From positions 160,001-224,000 of the forward strand of contig JBBRLX010000001.1 of NCBI GenBank assembly GCA_038231135.1: a stretch of 64,000 nucleotides of DNA, read 5' to 3'. A program made the position numbers and the translations under genes. Source of the DNA: Candidatus Eiseniibacteriota bacterium. Lineage in GTDB: Bacteria > Eisenbacteria > RBG-16-71-46. Shown here piece after piece: positions 29,438 through 41,565 of the stretch (the stretch's first letter is position 1; every line of letters starts with the position of its first letter). The notes beneath the pieces are model-generated. The model did not search any database. It saw only the letters and a list, made by a program, of their open reading frames with translations, and was not told the origin of the DNA.

Positions 29438-31050
29438 CAGCGCACCCGCATCCACACGGTGACCGGCCGCAGCGGCGCTCCCGACACCGGCATGAACGAT
29501 CGATCGGCGGGCGCGAACAATCGTTGTGCCGGCTGGTAGAGCCCGGCCAGGTGGGGCTCGAATGCGCCATTGTCGTCGAGCACCAGCGCGCCGAACCGGT
29601 GCGCCGCGAACGCGCCCGCGATCTCGTCCTGCAGCCGTGCGGCGGCCGCCTTGTTGGTGCCGCTCAATCCGGGCTCCGCTCGTAGCACGTCAATCACTGC
29701 CATCAGGTGGGCGTGAGGCTCGCGGCCGGCGAGGCGCGAGAGATAGCCGTGCGCGGGCACCCACACGTCACCGGGCAGGCCGCGCAGCGTTTCGACCACC
29801 GCGGCGCCGGCGCGCATGTCGGCACGCGACGGTACGAACCGCAGCGGATTGTACGCAAGCACCGCGAACTGCGCGAGCGCGAGCAGGTAAGCGACAGCGG
29901 GGGTGGGGAACGTGACGCGGCTCGGCGCCACGACCGTCGCGCCCGGCGCCGGCACGCGTGCGTTCGACCGCCGCGCCCCGCTCAGCGCCGCGAGCCCCCG
30001 CGCCCCGAGCACGGCCAGCGCCGCGTGCACCGGCATCAGCACGTTCTCGGCGCCGCCTTCGTGCAGCCGCCCGATCGCGGCGGCGAACAGGCCACCCACG
30101 CCGAGGCCCAGCGTCGCGACCGCGGTCCGCAGCGCATCGCCATCCGGGCGCGAGCCGGCGCCGCCGGACGCCGATGCGCGAATGACGCGCACGCAGTCCC
30201 GTGCGTCGACGAGCGCGAACGCGAGCGCGATTGGCAGCGCCATGAGCAGGTCGCGCCACCAGAAGCTCCAGCCGGCGGGGTCGAACGGGTGGGCACGCGG
30301 GATCGCGATCGTGTAGAACGTGAACCAGCCGTCACTCGCCCGGTCGAGCCACAGGGTCCCGAGCCCCACGCATACCAGCAGCGTCGCCACCAGCGCCACG
30401 CCGGCGCGCCGGTCGTTCATCACCGTGAGCACGATGAACGGCGCCACGATGATCGATGCCGATTGCTTCGTGAACACCGCGAGCGAGAACAGCAGGCCTG
30501 CGACGATGCCGCGCAGCACCGCGCCCCGTATCGCGAGGTACGCGACGAACGCCGCCAGTGCGAGCGCGAGCGACAACGCATCGACGTGGCCGAGGTCCAT
30601 CCACCCGCCGCTCCTCGCATACGTCGCGGCGAACAGGCCGGCTCCGACCCCGCCGGGCCAGCGCGCGGCGCCGCCGCGATTCGCGAGGCAGGCGATGCAC
30701 GCCAGGCTCGCGAGCGTGGCCGCGAGCGAGGTCAGCCGCAGCGCGACGAAGCCTTCACCCGCCAGCCGGGCCATCGCGGCGGCCGCGTGGAAATACAGCG
30801 GCGGGTAGAGGAACGGCACGTGGGCGATCGACGGCGCCGTGTAGAGCGGCGCGCCGTTCAGCACCCGGCGCACCACCTCGCGCATGCCGCCCTCGATCCA
30901 CTCCAGCTCGAATGGCGATCGGATGCGCGCGAGCGCGACTCCGGCGAACGCCAGCAGGGGCAGGGACGCGACCGCAGCGAGGACCCACGGCCCCCATGCG
31001 CCGGCCGGCGCCGCGCCGCGTGCCGCGCGGGAGCCCGCGTCCGTGGCCAC
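29437..31050 (-). CDS. GT-C (PMT/ArnT-like) membrane glycosyltransferase, paralog A
   Basis: SPFELEWIEG, YPPLYF, DLGHVD, TKQS; tandem paralog of the downstream gene. Confidence 0.8.
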   Translation of the reverse strand: MATDAGSRAARGAAPAGAWGPWVLAAVASLPLLAFAGVALARIRSPFELEWIEGGMREVVRRVLNGAPLYTAPSIAHVPFLYPPLYFHAAAAMARLAGEGFVALRLTSLAATLASLACIACLANRGGAARWPGGVGAGLFAATYARSGGWMDLGHVDALSLALALAAFVAYLAIRGAVLRGIVAGLLFSLAVFTKQSASIIVAPFIVLTVMNDRRAGVALVATLLVCVGLGTLWLDRASDGWFTFYTIAIPRAHPFDPAGWSFWWRDLLMALPIALAFALVDARDCVRVIRASASGGAGSRPDGDALRTAVATLGLGVGGLFAAAIGRLHEGGAENVLMPVHAALAVLGARGLAALSGARRSNARVPAPGATVVAPSRVTFPTPAVAYLLALAQFAVLAYNPLRFVPSRADMRAGAAVVETLRGLPGDVWVPAHGYLSRLAGREPHAHLMAVIDVLRAEPGLSGTNKAAAARLQDEIAGAFAAHRFGALVLDDNGAFEPHLAGLYQPAQRLFAPADRSFMPVSGAPLRPVTVWMRVR

Positions 31051-31053
31051 GCT

Positions 31054-32121
31054 TCAGCCCGCCAGCAACCCGACGATGCGCGCACCGCTCGCGCCGTCGC
31101 CGAACGGATTCGCCCAGGTGCGCGGGCGCTCCAGCATGTCGCGCGCGGCGGCCACGATCCGCGCAGGATCGGCGCCGGCGAGCATGTTCGCGCCGATCGC
31201 GACCGACTCGGGGCGCTCGGTATTGTCGCGCAGCGTCACGCACGGCACGCGCAGGCAGCACGCCTCCTCCTGCAGGCCGCCCGAATCGGTGAGCGTGAGC
31301 GCGGCGCGTGCGTGGAGGCCCAGGAAGTCCAGATAGCCGAGCGGCGGCAGCCATCGCACGCCGTCGGCCGCGATGCGCAGCGCGTCCAACTGCTGCGCGG
31401 TGCGGGGATGGAGTGCCGCCAGCGCCGGCATGCCGAGTGCCGCGCACGCCTGCGACAGGCCCGCAAAGATCCCGCGCAGCCGGTCCTCGTGCTCGACGTT
31501 CTCGCTGCGGTGGACGGTGACGAGCAGGAACCGGCCGGCCTCGACGCCGAAGCGCTCGAAGCGCGTGGCTTCCATGGCGCGGGGTCGCTGGCGTTCGAGC
31601 TCGTCCACCACCGTGTTGCCGGTGACGTGAATGCGATCCGCGGCGATGCCCTCGCCGAGCAGGATGTCCCGCGCGTGCGACGTGGGCGCATACAGATGAT
31701 CGGACAGGTGATCGGTGATGACGCGGTTGAGCTCTTCGGGCATCGTGCGATCGTACGAGCGCAGCCCGGCCTCGACGTGGCCGACCCGCACGCCGAGCTT
31801 GTTCGCCGCGAGCGCCGCGGCCATCACCGAGTTGGTGTCGCCCTCGACCAGCACCACGTCGGGCGCGTGCTCCAGCAGCGCCAGCTCCATGCCGGTCATG
31901 ATGCCGGCGAGCTGCCGCACGGCGCCGAGCGAGCCCACTTCGAGATTCACGTGCGGCGCCGGCAGCTCCAGCTCCTCGAAGAACAGCCCGTCCATCTCGA
32001 ACGTGTAGTGCTGGCCGGTGTGGATCAGCACATACGGCACGTCCCGTGCGATGCATGCGCGCACGATCGGCGCCATCTTCACGATCTCGGGACGGGTGCC
32101 GACCACGATGCCGAGCTTCAT
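31054..32121 (-). CDS. wecB: UDP-N-acetylglucosamine 2-epimerase (non-hydrolysing)
   Basis: GTRPEIVKMAP, HTGQH, GDTNS, HVEAGLRS, TDSGGLQEEA, TERPE, NPFGDG. Confidence 0.95.
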   Translation of the reverse strand: MKLGIVVGTRPEIVKMAPIVRACIARDVPYVLIHTGQHYTFEMDGLFFEELELPAPHVNLEVGSLGAVRQLAGIMTGMELALLEHAPDVVLVEGDTNSVMAAALAANKLGVRVGHVEAGLRSYDRTMPEELNRVITDHLSDHLYAPTSHARDILLGEGIAADRIHVTGNTVVDELERQRPRAMEATRFERFGVEAGRFLLVTVHRSENVEHEDRLRGIFAGLSQACAALGMPALAALHPRTAQQLDALRIAADGVRWLPPLGYLDFLGLHARAALTLTDSGGLQEEACCLRVPCVTLRDNTERPESVAIGANMLAGADPARIVAAARDMLERPRTWANPFGDGASGARIVGLLAG

Positions 32122-32927
32122 TTCGCCGCGTCGCCCTGCGCCGCCGTAAGCCGCGCCGCCACCGCGCGCTTCGAATGGACGCCGAAGCGCTCGACGAACC
32201 GCTTCACCAGCAGCGTGACGGTGCTGCGCACGGTGCTCAGCACCTTCATCTTGCTCTGGCCGAGCCGGCCGCGGTAGTCGAGCTCGAACGGCAGCTCGAC
32301 CGCGCGGACGCCGAGTGGCCGCAGCTTGATCAGCAGGTCCATCACCGACTCGAACCCGCGGGCGGTGCACAGGTCGTCGCCGTAGACCAGGCGCGCCCGC
32401 TTGAGCAGGGGCACGCGGTAGGCGCGGAAGCAGCAGGTGAAGTCCCGGACGCCCGGGATCGGGAACATCGCCTGGAACACCAGCCGTCCGATGTCGGACA
32501 GCGCCCGGCGATACCCGGGCACGCCGCGCACGTCCGAGCCATGGCGGTAGCGCGACGCGATCGCGAGGTCGTAGTCGAAGCCGAGCGCGTCCACCAGCGC
32601 CGGGATCATCGCGGGGGGATGCGTGAGGTCGGCGTCGAGCGTGACGATCACGTCGCCGTCCTCGGCGCGGTCGAGGCAGGCGTAGATGCCGGTGCGCAGC
32701 GCCGCGCCCAGGCCGCGATTCACGTCGTGCTGGAGGATCGTGAGCGACAGGGCATCCCCGCACTCGGCGGCGGCTCGCTCGGCTTCCGCCACGGTGGCGT
32801 CGGTGCTGCCGTCGTCCACCACGACGGCGCGGTAGTCCCTGCGGCCGGCCATCGCCTCGGCGAGCGCGAGCAGCACGGGCCGGATCACACGCTCCTCGTT
32901 CCAGGCGGGGAACATGACGTAGATCAT
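32118..32927 (-). CDS. GT2 DPM1-like polyprenyl-phosphate glycosyltransferase
   Basis: PAWNEE, VDDGSTD, NRGLGAA, DADLTH, ASRY, RDFTCCFRAY. Confidence 0.9.
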   Translation of the reverse strand: MIYVMFPAWNEERVIRPVLLALAEAMAGRRDYRAVVVDDGSTDATVAEAERAAAECGDALSLTILQHDVNRGLGAALRTGIYACLDRAEDGDVIVTLDADLTHPPAMIPALVDALGFDYDLAIASRYRHGSDVRGVPGYRRALSDIGRLVFQAMFPIPGVRDFTCCFRAYRVPLLKRARLVYGDDLCTARGFESVMDLLIKLRPLGVRAVELPFELDYRGRLGQSKMKVLSTVRSTVTLLVKRFVERFGVHSKRAVAARLTAAQGDAAK

Positions 32928-34219
32928 GCCGCCGTCTCCTCCGCCAGCCGCGGCATCATGCCGTCGACCACCTCGCAGCACGAGTTCCACGAGTTCACGT
33001 TCGGGTACACCTGCGCCGTGGACGCGAGGTACAGGCGCCCCGGGATCACGGACGTCGCCGGCTTCCGATTCGCGTAGTCCAGCGTCCAGATCGGCTCCAC
33101 GAACGGCGCGCGGAACACGTAGGCCTCGACCACCGACCGGGCGGCGAGCGGGAACAGCGCGGCGAGGTCGACGCGGTAGCGGCGCAGCAGCTCGTCGTCG
33201 TCGATCGCGAACAGCGGGCTCGAGCGGTGGGCGTAGTTCACGAGGTAGGTTACATGGAGACCGTGCGCGCGTTCGAGCGGCACCAGGTTCGACATCTCGA
33301 TCACGCCCTGCGCGGTGGTCGTGCTGTCGACGAACGGCATCCAGTAGTAGGGCGACAGCGGCTCGCGCATCAGGAACACTGCGCTCACCACGCCCTGGTA
33401 GTCGAGCTGGAGGGTCGCGATCGCGGGGTCGATGCCGAGGCTGCGCGTCAGCTTCTGGAACGCGACGAGTGGCGACGTGGCGACGACGTAGTCGTGGGTG
33501 ACGCGCGCGCCGCCGGCGAGCACGACCGCCATGCGATCACCCTCGCGCTCGATCGCGTCGACGCGGGTCCCGAGCCGCACCGTCGCTCCCGTGTTCGCCA
33601 GTCGCTGCTCGAATGCGCCGATCAGCGAGCGGTAGCCGCCGGCGAGACAGCCCTTGGTCTCGGGGCCGGTGTTCTTCTCGCGCGCCATGCGGCTCGACAC
33701 CCACAGCGCCGGCAGCGATTCGTAGGGGTCGCCGATCTTGGCCGACAGCAGCGGTTTCCACAGCACGTCGAACGCGCGTTCGCCGGCCATGTCGCGCAGC
33801 CAGTCGGCGGCGGTGACCTGGTCCAGCGCCGGGTCCTTGCCGCGCGCGCGCGCGCGCAGGCCGAGCAGCCCCATGCGCACCCGCTCGGGAAGCGTGAGCG
33901 GGGAGAACCGCAGCAGGTCCCACGCGGTGTTGAGCGGGAACACGCGGCGCCGGTACATGAACCCCATGCGCGTGCGGCGCCACAGCAGCTCGGGTTCGAG
34001 GCCCAGCTCGCGCACGTGCCGCAGCAGCGCCCGGTCGGAGGGCAGGATGCAGTGGTAGAACTTCTCGAGGTGGACGTCGCGCCACGGGAACGTGGTGCCG
34101 AGGCCGCCCAGCCCCGGTTCCCCTTCATACAGCGTGACGCGATGGCCGAGGCCCGCGATCCGGACGGCGCTCGCCAGCCCCGAGATGCCGCCGCCGATCA
34201 CCGCCGCATGAAGCGTCAT
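32924..34219 (-). CDS. NAD(P)/FAD-dependent oxidoreductase (HemY/amine-oxidase-like fold)
   Basis: VIGGGISGL, GGL, EKFYH; first gene of the glycosylation operon. Confidence 0.85.
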   Translation of the reverse strand: MTLHAAVIGGGISGLASAVRIAGLGHRVTLYEGEPGLGGLGTTFPWRDVHLEKFYHCILPSDRALLRHVRELGLEPELLWRRTRMGFMYRRRVFPLNTAWDLLRFSPLTLPERVRMGLLGLRARARGKDPALDQVTAADWLRDMAGERAFDVLWKPLLSAKIGDPYESLPALWVSSRMAREKNTGPETKGCLAGGYRSLIGAFEQRLANTGATVRLGTRVDAIEREGDRMAVVLAGGARVTHDYVVATSPLVAFQKLTRSLGIDPAIATLQLDYQGVVSAVFLMREPLSPYYWMPFVDSTTTAQGVIEMSNLVPLERAHGLHVTYLVNYAHRSSPLFAIDDDELLRRYRVDLAALFPLAARSVVEAYVFRAPFVEPIWTLDYANRKPATSVIPGRLYLASTAQVYPNVNSWNSCCEVVDGMMPRLAEETAA

Positions 34220-34432
34220 CCGCCGACCGGCCTCCGGATTCCATGGGTTGGGGAACGGGCGCCGGCGGCCGGGGACCCCCGGACGCGACTCGATGCACCG
34301 GGCTTCACAATAGAATCGCGGGCGGATCGAAACAACCGCCCGGAGCCGGCGGGGGCGCCCGTGGAAGAAATCCCCGCGGGCGGCGTATGGTGTGCGGAAT
34401 CCACGAGTTCGACCCCTTGAACGGAGGTGATC

Positions 34433-35782
34433 ATGTCGTTCCCCCGTATGTTCCCCCGCTGGACGTTCGCTGCCGCGCTGGCCATCGGCGTCGTCCCGAC
34501 GGTTTCGGCCCACGCCGGGCCCGCCGTGACGGTGTATTCACACGACCTCGGCTTCGTACGCGAGACGCGCGCGCTCGACCTGCGCCGCGACCGCGACACA
34601 CTGCTGGTGCCGGTGCCGGAGCGCGTCGACTTCACGTCGGTGCGGCTGGCGCCCGACGGCGCGCGGCTGGCGCGGCTGGCCTATCGCTACGACGTGGCGA
34701 GCGGCGACGGCGCGCTCGACCACGCCCGCGGCAGCCGTGTGCGCGTGACGCTGCGCGGCGACCGCGCGGTGGAGGGGACGCTGATCGCTGTCGATGGCGC
34801 GTGGCTGGTGGTGCGCGAGGACGGCGGCGACGTGCACACGCTGTCGCGCGCGGCGGCGGACGACGTGAAGATCGCGAGCCCGGGCGACCGGCTGGCGATC
34901 CGCCCGTCGCTGGAGGCGGTGCTCGACGGCCACAAGGGGCGCGTGACGGCGGAGCTGTCGTACCTGACGGGCGGGCTGTCGTGGACGGCCGAGCACGTGG
35001 TGGTGCGCCACGGCGAAGCCGGCGCCACCTGGTCGTCGCGGGTCACGGTCGAGAACACCACCGGGCGCGAGTTCGCCGATGCCACGCTCAAGCTGGTGGC
35101 CGGCGATCCCAACCGCGTGAACGCGTCACCGCCGCCGATGCCGATGTTCCGCGCGATGGCCGTGGCCGGGCAGGCGGAGGCGAAGTCCGACATGACCGAG
35201 CAGACGTTCGGTGAATACCACCTCTACACCATCGATCATCCGGCCACGCTGCGGGACCGCGAGACGCAGACGCTCGACATGTACGACGCGCGGCCGATCA
35301 AGGTGGCGGCGCGCTATCTGTACCGCGGCGACGGCGCGGGCGTGCACGCGCAGCTCGAGGTCGTGAACGACCGGGCGGCCGGGCTGGGCATGCCGCTGCC
35401 GGCGGGCCGCGTGCGGTTCTACGAGCAGGACGCCGGCGGCGCGCTGCAGTTCACCGGCGAGACGACCATCAATCACACACCCGACGGCGAGAAGCTGACG
35501 CTCGACGTGGGCACGGCGTTCGACCTGGCGGCCGAGCGCCGCGAGACGTCCAACAAGCGGATATCGGATCACGAGCGCGAGTACGGCGTCGAGATCAAGC
35601 TCCGCAACCGCAAGTCCACGAGCGTGCAGATCGTGGTGGAGGAGAACGCGGGCGGCGACGTCGAGATCACCCAGAAGACGCACGAGTTCGTGCGCAAGGA
35701 TGCGAACACGCTGCAATTCACCGTGACCGTGCCGGCGGGCAAGGAAGTCGTGGTGGGCTACACGGCGCGCCAGCGCTGGTGA
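34433..35782 (+). CDS. Secreted DUF4139-like protein
   Basis: Signal peptide; VTVYS.DLGFVRETR, SYLTGGLSW.A, EYHLY, GLGMPLPAGRVR. Confidence 0.85.
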   Translation: MSFPRMFPRWTFAAALAIGVVPTVSAHAGPAVTVYSHDLGFVRETRALDLRRDRDTLLVPVPERVDFTSVRLAPDGARLARLAYRYDVASGDGALDHARGSRVRVTLRGDRAVEGTLIAVDGAWLVVREDGGDVHTLSRAAADDVKIASPGDRLAIRPSLEAVLDGHKGRVTAELSYLTGGLSWTAEHVVVRHGEAGATWSSRVTVENTTGREFADATLKLVAGDPNRVNASPPPMPMFRAMAVAGQAEAKSDMTEQTFGEYHLYTIDHPATLRDRETQTLDMYDARPIKVAARYLYRGDGAGVHAQLEVVNDRAAGLGMPLPAGRVRFYEQDAGGALQFTGETTINHTPDGEKLTLDVGTAFDLAAERRETSNKRISDHEREYGVEIKLRNRKSTSVQIVVEENAGGDVEITQKTHEFVRKDANTLQFTVTVPAGKEVVVGYTARQRW

Positions 35783-37059
35783 GCCGCCGCGACCCGCGCG
35801 GCGGGGCGCCCAGCCCGGGCCGCAGCCTCGAACCGGGCGCGGACGACCGCGTCGGGTTCGTGCTGCGGCTGGGGCGCGCGCTGCACAGCTACGGCTACCC
35901 CGCGCATCGGCTCGAGGACGTGCTCGCGCAGGTCGCGCGGAAGCTCGGCCTCGAGGCGCAGTTCTTTTCGCTGCCCACCGGGATCTTCGCGGGGTTCGGC
36001 TCGCCCGAGCTGCAGCGCACGCATCTGCTGCGCGTGCAGCCGGGGGAGGTGCAGCTCGACCGGCTGGTCGACGTGGACCAGGTCGCGAGCGAGGTGCTGA
36101 AGGGGACGCTCGACCCCGCGGGCGGCACCGCGCGCATCGAGGCGATCGCCGCCCGCCCGCCGTGCTACGGGCCCGCGCTCACGGTGGCGGCGTACGGCCT
36201 CGCGGCGGCGACCTCGGCGCGGTTCCTGGGCGGCGGCGGGCGCGAGATCGGGCTGGCCGCGGTGGGCGGACTCGTGGTCGGGCTGCTGGCCGCGGTGACC
36301 GGCCGCGGGCGGGCCGGGCGGGTGTTCGAACCCCTCGCGGCGTTCGTGGCGTCGGCGCTGATGGGTGCGCTGAGCCTGGTGACTGGCGCGTGCTCGGTGT
36401 ACGTCGCCACGCTCGCGGCGTTGATCGTGCTGATCCCCGGGCTCACGATCACCACCGCGATGACGGAGCTGTCGACGCGCCATCTCGCCTCCGGCACCGC
36501 GCGCCTGTCGGGCGCGATCGTGCTGTTCCTCGGCATCGGGTTCGGTGTCGCGCTCGGCACCCGGGTCGCGGCGCTGGCGGTCGGACCGCCGCACATCGCC
36601 GAGCCCCGCGAGCTGGCAGCGTGGACCGAATGGCTGGCACTGGCGCTCGCGCCGGCCGGCCTGATGGTGCTATTCCGCGCGCCGGTGCGCGAGCTGCCGT
36701 GGATCACCGCCACCGGCGTGCTGGCGTTCTACGGCGGGCGGCTCGGCGCCCGGCTGCTGGACCCCGAGCTCGGCATCTTCGCGGGCGCGCTGACGGCCGG
36801 GGTCGCGAGCAATCTCTACGCCCGCTGGCGGGACCGCCCGTCGGCGGTCACGCTGGTGCCGGCGGTGATCCTGCTCGTGCCGGGCAGCGTGGGTTTCAAG
36901 AGTCTCGCGCTGCTGCTCGAGCAGCACGTGCTGGTCGGCGTCGAAAGCGCGTTCCGCATGGTGATCATGCTGTCGGCGCTCGTCGCGGGGCTGCTGATCG
37001 CCAACGTCGTCGCGCCGGTCGAGCGCGCGGGCGAGTGGGACGCGGGCACGGCGGTATAG
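35779..37059 (+). CDS. ThrE-family threonine/serine exporter
   Basis: LGRALHSYG.PAHRLE, LIPGL..T.AM.EL, LLVPGS; about 10 TM. Confidence 0.9.
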   Translation: MSRRDPRGGAPSPGRSLEPGADDRVGFVLRLGRALHSYGYPAHRLEDVLAQVARKLGLEAQFFSLPTGIFAGFGSPELQRTHLLRVQPGEVQLDRLVDVDQVASEVLKGTLDPAGGTARIEAIAARPPCYGPALTVAAYGLAAATSARFLGGGGREIGLAAVGGLVVGLLAAVTGRGRAGRVFEPLAAFVASALMGALSLVTGACSVYVATLAALIVLIPGLTITTAMTELSTRHLASGTARLSGAIVLFLGIGFGVALGTRVAALAVGPPHIAEPRELAAWTEWLALALAPAGLMVLFRAPVRELPWITATGVLAFYGGRLGARLLDPELGIFAGALTAGVASNLYARWRDRPSAVTLVPAVILLVPGSVGFKSLALLLEQHVLVGVESAFRMVIMLSALVAGLLIANVVAPVERAGEWDAGTAV

Positions 37060-37232
37060 GCCGGACCGAAATCGCGGTCCGGATGCCCGCGGAACCGCCG
37101 AAAACCGCCGCGAAATTGACCGGTTCTTGCGGGACGGCCCGGCCCGCACACGGTATACTCGGTCGGTCGCTGCCGGCGGCCGTCATGACAACGCCCAATT
37201 CCGCTCAAAATCGCCCGGGGGAGGCTTCCAGG

Positions 37233-37808
37233 ATGCTGCGCGCCGCGTTCGTGCTGCTGCTGCTGTCGATGACGCTGGCCACGCCGGCCCACGCCCAGCG
37301 GTACGCGCCCCACAAGGACGGCGAGCTGCCGCGCATCATCTTCCCCGATTCGCTGGTGTCGCTGAACGACAAGTGCGCGGTCGCGAAGCGCAAGCTGAGC
37401 ACCCTGATCGACCCGATCTACGTGAACCAGCTGCCGATCGCGTTCTGCTGCGCCCCGTGCCCGGCGATCTTCTCGCGCAACCCCGCGCCCTACGTGAAGG
37501 CGATCGCGCCGAAGCTGCCGTGCGTCGTGAATCCGGCGCGCGCCGCGGTGATCGACTCCGCGGGCGCCGTGTTCGTGGATCACGACGTGTTCTTCTTCTC
37601 GGACGTCAAGGCGCGCGCGGCGTTCCTCGCCGATCCGCTCAAGTACGCGCGCCACCTGACGGATCCCGTCAGCCAGGTGCGGTTCGCGACCACGGCCAAG
37701 TCGCCGCACCTCGTATACCACGGCCGCAACTACTACTTCGAGAGCCCCGACACGTTCGCCCAGTTCCAGACGAACGAGCGCGCGTACGCGGTCCGCGGCG
37801 GCGAGTAG
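37233..37808 (+). CDS. Secreted protein with three YHS/TRASH-like repeats
   Basis: Signal peptide; IAFCCAPC..IFSRNP, VFFFSD...AAFLADP.KY, DPVS...YHGRNYYFES; SD GGAGG. Confidence 0.75.
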   Translation: MLRAAFVLLLLSMTLATPAHAQRYAPHKDGELPRIIFPDSLVSLNDKCAVAKRKLSTLIDPIYVNQLPIAFCCAPCPAIFSRNPAPYVKAIAPKLPCVVNPARAAVIDSAGAVFVDHDVFFFSDVKARAAFLADPLKYARHLTDPVSQVRFATTAKSPHLVYHGRNYYFESPDTFAQFQTNERAYAVRGGE

Positions 37809-37898
37809 GTCCCTTAGCCTCGCGCCGGCCGGCGCCGCTCCCGGGATTCGGCGGCCGCCTCGACCGCGACGGGACGGCTCCGGTAGCATCGAGCGGTC

Positions 37899-39965
<2,067 letters not shown>

Positions 39966-39967
39966 CG

Positions 39968-40519
39968 TTGGCAGCCGGCACGGCCGGTTCGCCGCACCCC
40001 GCGCCACGGCGAGGAGGCCGCCTGCGAGTTCGCCTGATCCTGGCCACCGTCGACGACGCTCCGGCGATGGCCGTGCTCAAGGAGGCCGTCGCGAACCGCA
40101 TGACGTCCGTATACGGGACGGGCCCGTGGTCGTCGTTCGGCACCGTGCGTGGCGTGCTCGCGCAGATGCGGGCGGGCCGGTATTTCATCGCGAAACACCG
40201 CGGCCGGGTCGTGGCGAAGCTGTGGCTCGGCACGCGGAAGCCGTGGGCCATCGACCCCCGCTACTTCACGCCCTGCAAGCGCCCGCTGTACCTGCTCGAC
40301 ATGGCGGTGGCGCCGGCGCTGCAACGCACCGGGCTCGGCCGCCAGTGCCTCGACGAGGCGCGGCGCATCGGCCGCGAATGGCCTGCCGACGCGATCCGGC
40401 TCGACGCGTACGACGCCGCGGCCGGCGCGGGCGGGTTCTACGCGCGCTGCGGGTTCGCGGACCGCGGCCGCGCGGCCTATCGGAACGCTCCGCTGGCGTA
40501 CTTCGAGACGCTGCTGTAG
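39968..40519 (+). CDS. GNAT N-acetyltransferase (start uncertain)
   Basis: MAVAPALQRTGLG acetyl-CoA motif, IRLDAY, FYARCGF. Confidence 0.85.
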   Translation: MAAGTAGSPHPAPRRGGRLRVRLILATVDDAPAMAVLKEAVANRMTSVYGTGPWSSFGTVRGVLAQMRAGRYFIAKHRGRVVAKLWLGTRKPWAIDPRYFTPCKRPLYLLDMAVAPALQRTGLGRQCLDEARRIGREWPADAIRLDAYDAAAGAGGFYARCGFADRGRAAYRNAPLAYFETLL

Positions 40520-40618
40520 ACCGGTGCGGCGCGGCCGGCCGCAGCGCTTCGAATCGCTGCGGGCCGGGAGCCGCCGCGGCTCGACCGCTCCGGTCCCGCT
40601 CGGGTAGCATGACCGGTC

Positions 40619-41512
40619 ATGCTCGAAACCGTGGCGCTTCAACTCATCCGGTACGCCCTGTCCGAGGACGTGGGCACCGGCGACATCACGTCGCTGAACA
40701 CGATCCGGTCCGGGGTCAAGGCGCGCGCGGCGATCGTGGCCAAGTCGCCGGGCACGCTCGCGGGTGTCGACATCGCCGGCTACACGTTCCGTGAGGCCGA
40801 TCCCAATCTCAAGTTCCGCAAGCTGCTGCCCGACGGCTCGCAGGTGGAGCCGGGCGCCGCGTGCGCGCAGGTGATCGGTGACGCCGGCAGCGTGCTGAAG
40901 GCGGAGCGTACCGCGCTCAATTTCCTGCAGCGCCTGTCGGGCATCGCGACGCTCACCCGCAAGTTCGTCGACACCGTGGCCGGCACCGGGTGCATCATCC
41001 TCGACACGCGCAAGACCACGCCCGGGCTGCGCTACCTCGAGAAGTACGCCGTGACCTGCGGGGGCGGGGAGAATCACCGGCTCGCGCTGTGGGACATGTA
41101 CCTGGTGAAGGACAATCACATCCGCGCCGCGGGTGGCCTGACGGCCGCGATCGATCGCATCACGCGCACGCGGCAGGGCGACCTGCTGCTCGAGGTCGAG
41201 GTCGAATCGCTCGATCAGCTCGCCGAGGCGCTGCGCCCGGAGGTGGATCGCGTGCTGGTCGACAATCGTTCGCCCGAGGAGGTTGCCACCGCGGTGCGCG
41301 AGGTGGACCGGTGGTGCCGCGAGCATCCGCCCGACAGCTCGCGCATGCGGCCCGGCGCGAAGCGCTGGCCGGAGGTCGAAGTGTCGGGCGGCATCCGGCT
41401 CGACAACGTGCGGGAGTACGCGCTCACGGGGGCGGACTACATTTCGGTGGGCGCGCTCACGCATTCGGCGCCGGCGCTCGACCTCAGCCTCGAGATCGAG
41501 GAAGTGGGATGA
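40619..41512 (+). CDS. nadC: Quinolinate phosphoribosyltransferase
   Basis: ED...GDITS, ERTALNFLQRLSGIAT, DTRKTTPG, KDNH, EVEV, SGG, ISVGALTH. Confidence 0.97.
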   Translation: MLETVALQLIRYALSEDVGTGDITSLNTIRSGVKARAAIVAKSPGTLAGVDIAGYTFREADPNLKFRKLLPDGSQVEPGAACAQVIGDAGSVLKAERTALNFLQRLSGIATLTRKFVDTVAGTGCIILDTRKTTPGLRYLEKYAVTCGGGENHRLALWDMYLVKDNHIRAAGGLTAAIDRITRTRQGDLLLEVEVESLDQLAEALRPEVDRVLVDNRSPEEVATAVREVDRWCREHPPDSSRMRPGAKRWPEVEVSGGIRLDNVREYALTGADYISVGALTHSAPALDLSLEIEEVG

Positions 41513-41565
41513 CCGCCGCCGTCGGCGCCGCCTCGCGTCGGACCTGAACCGGGAGTCGGAAGCCA

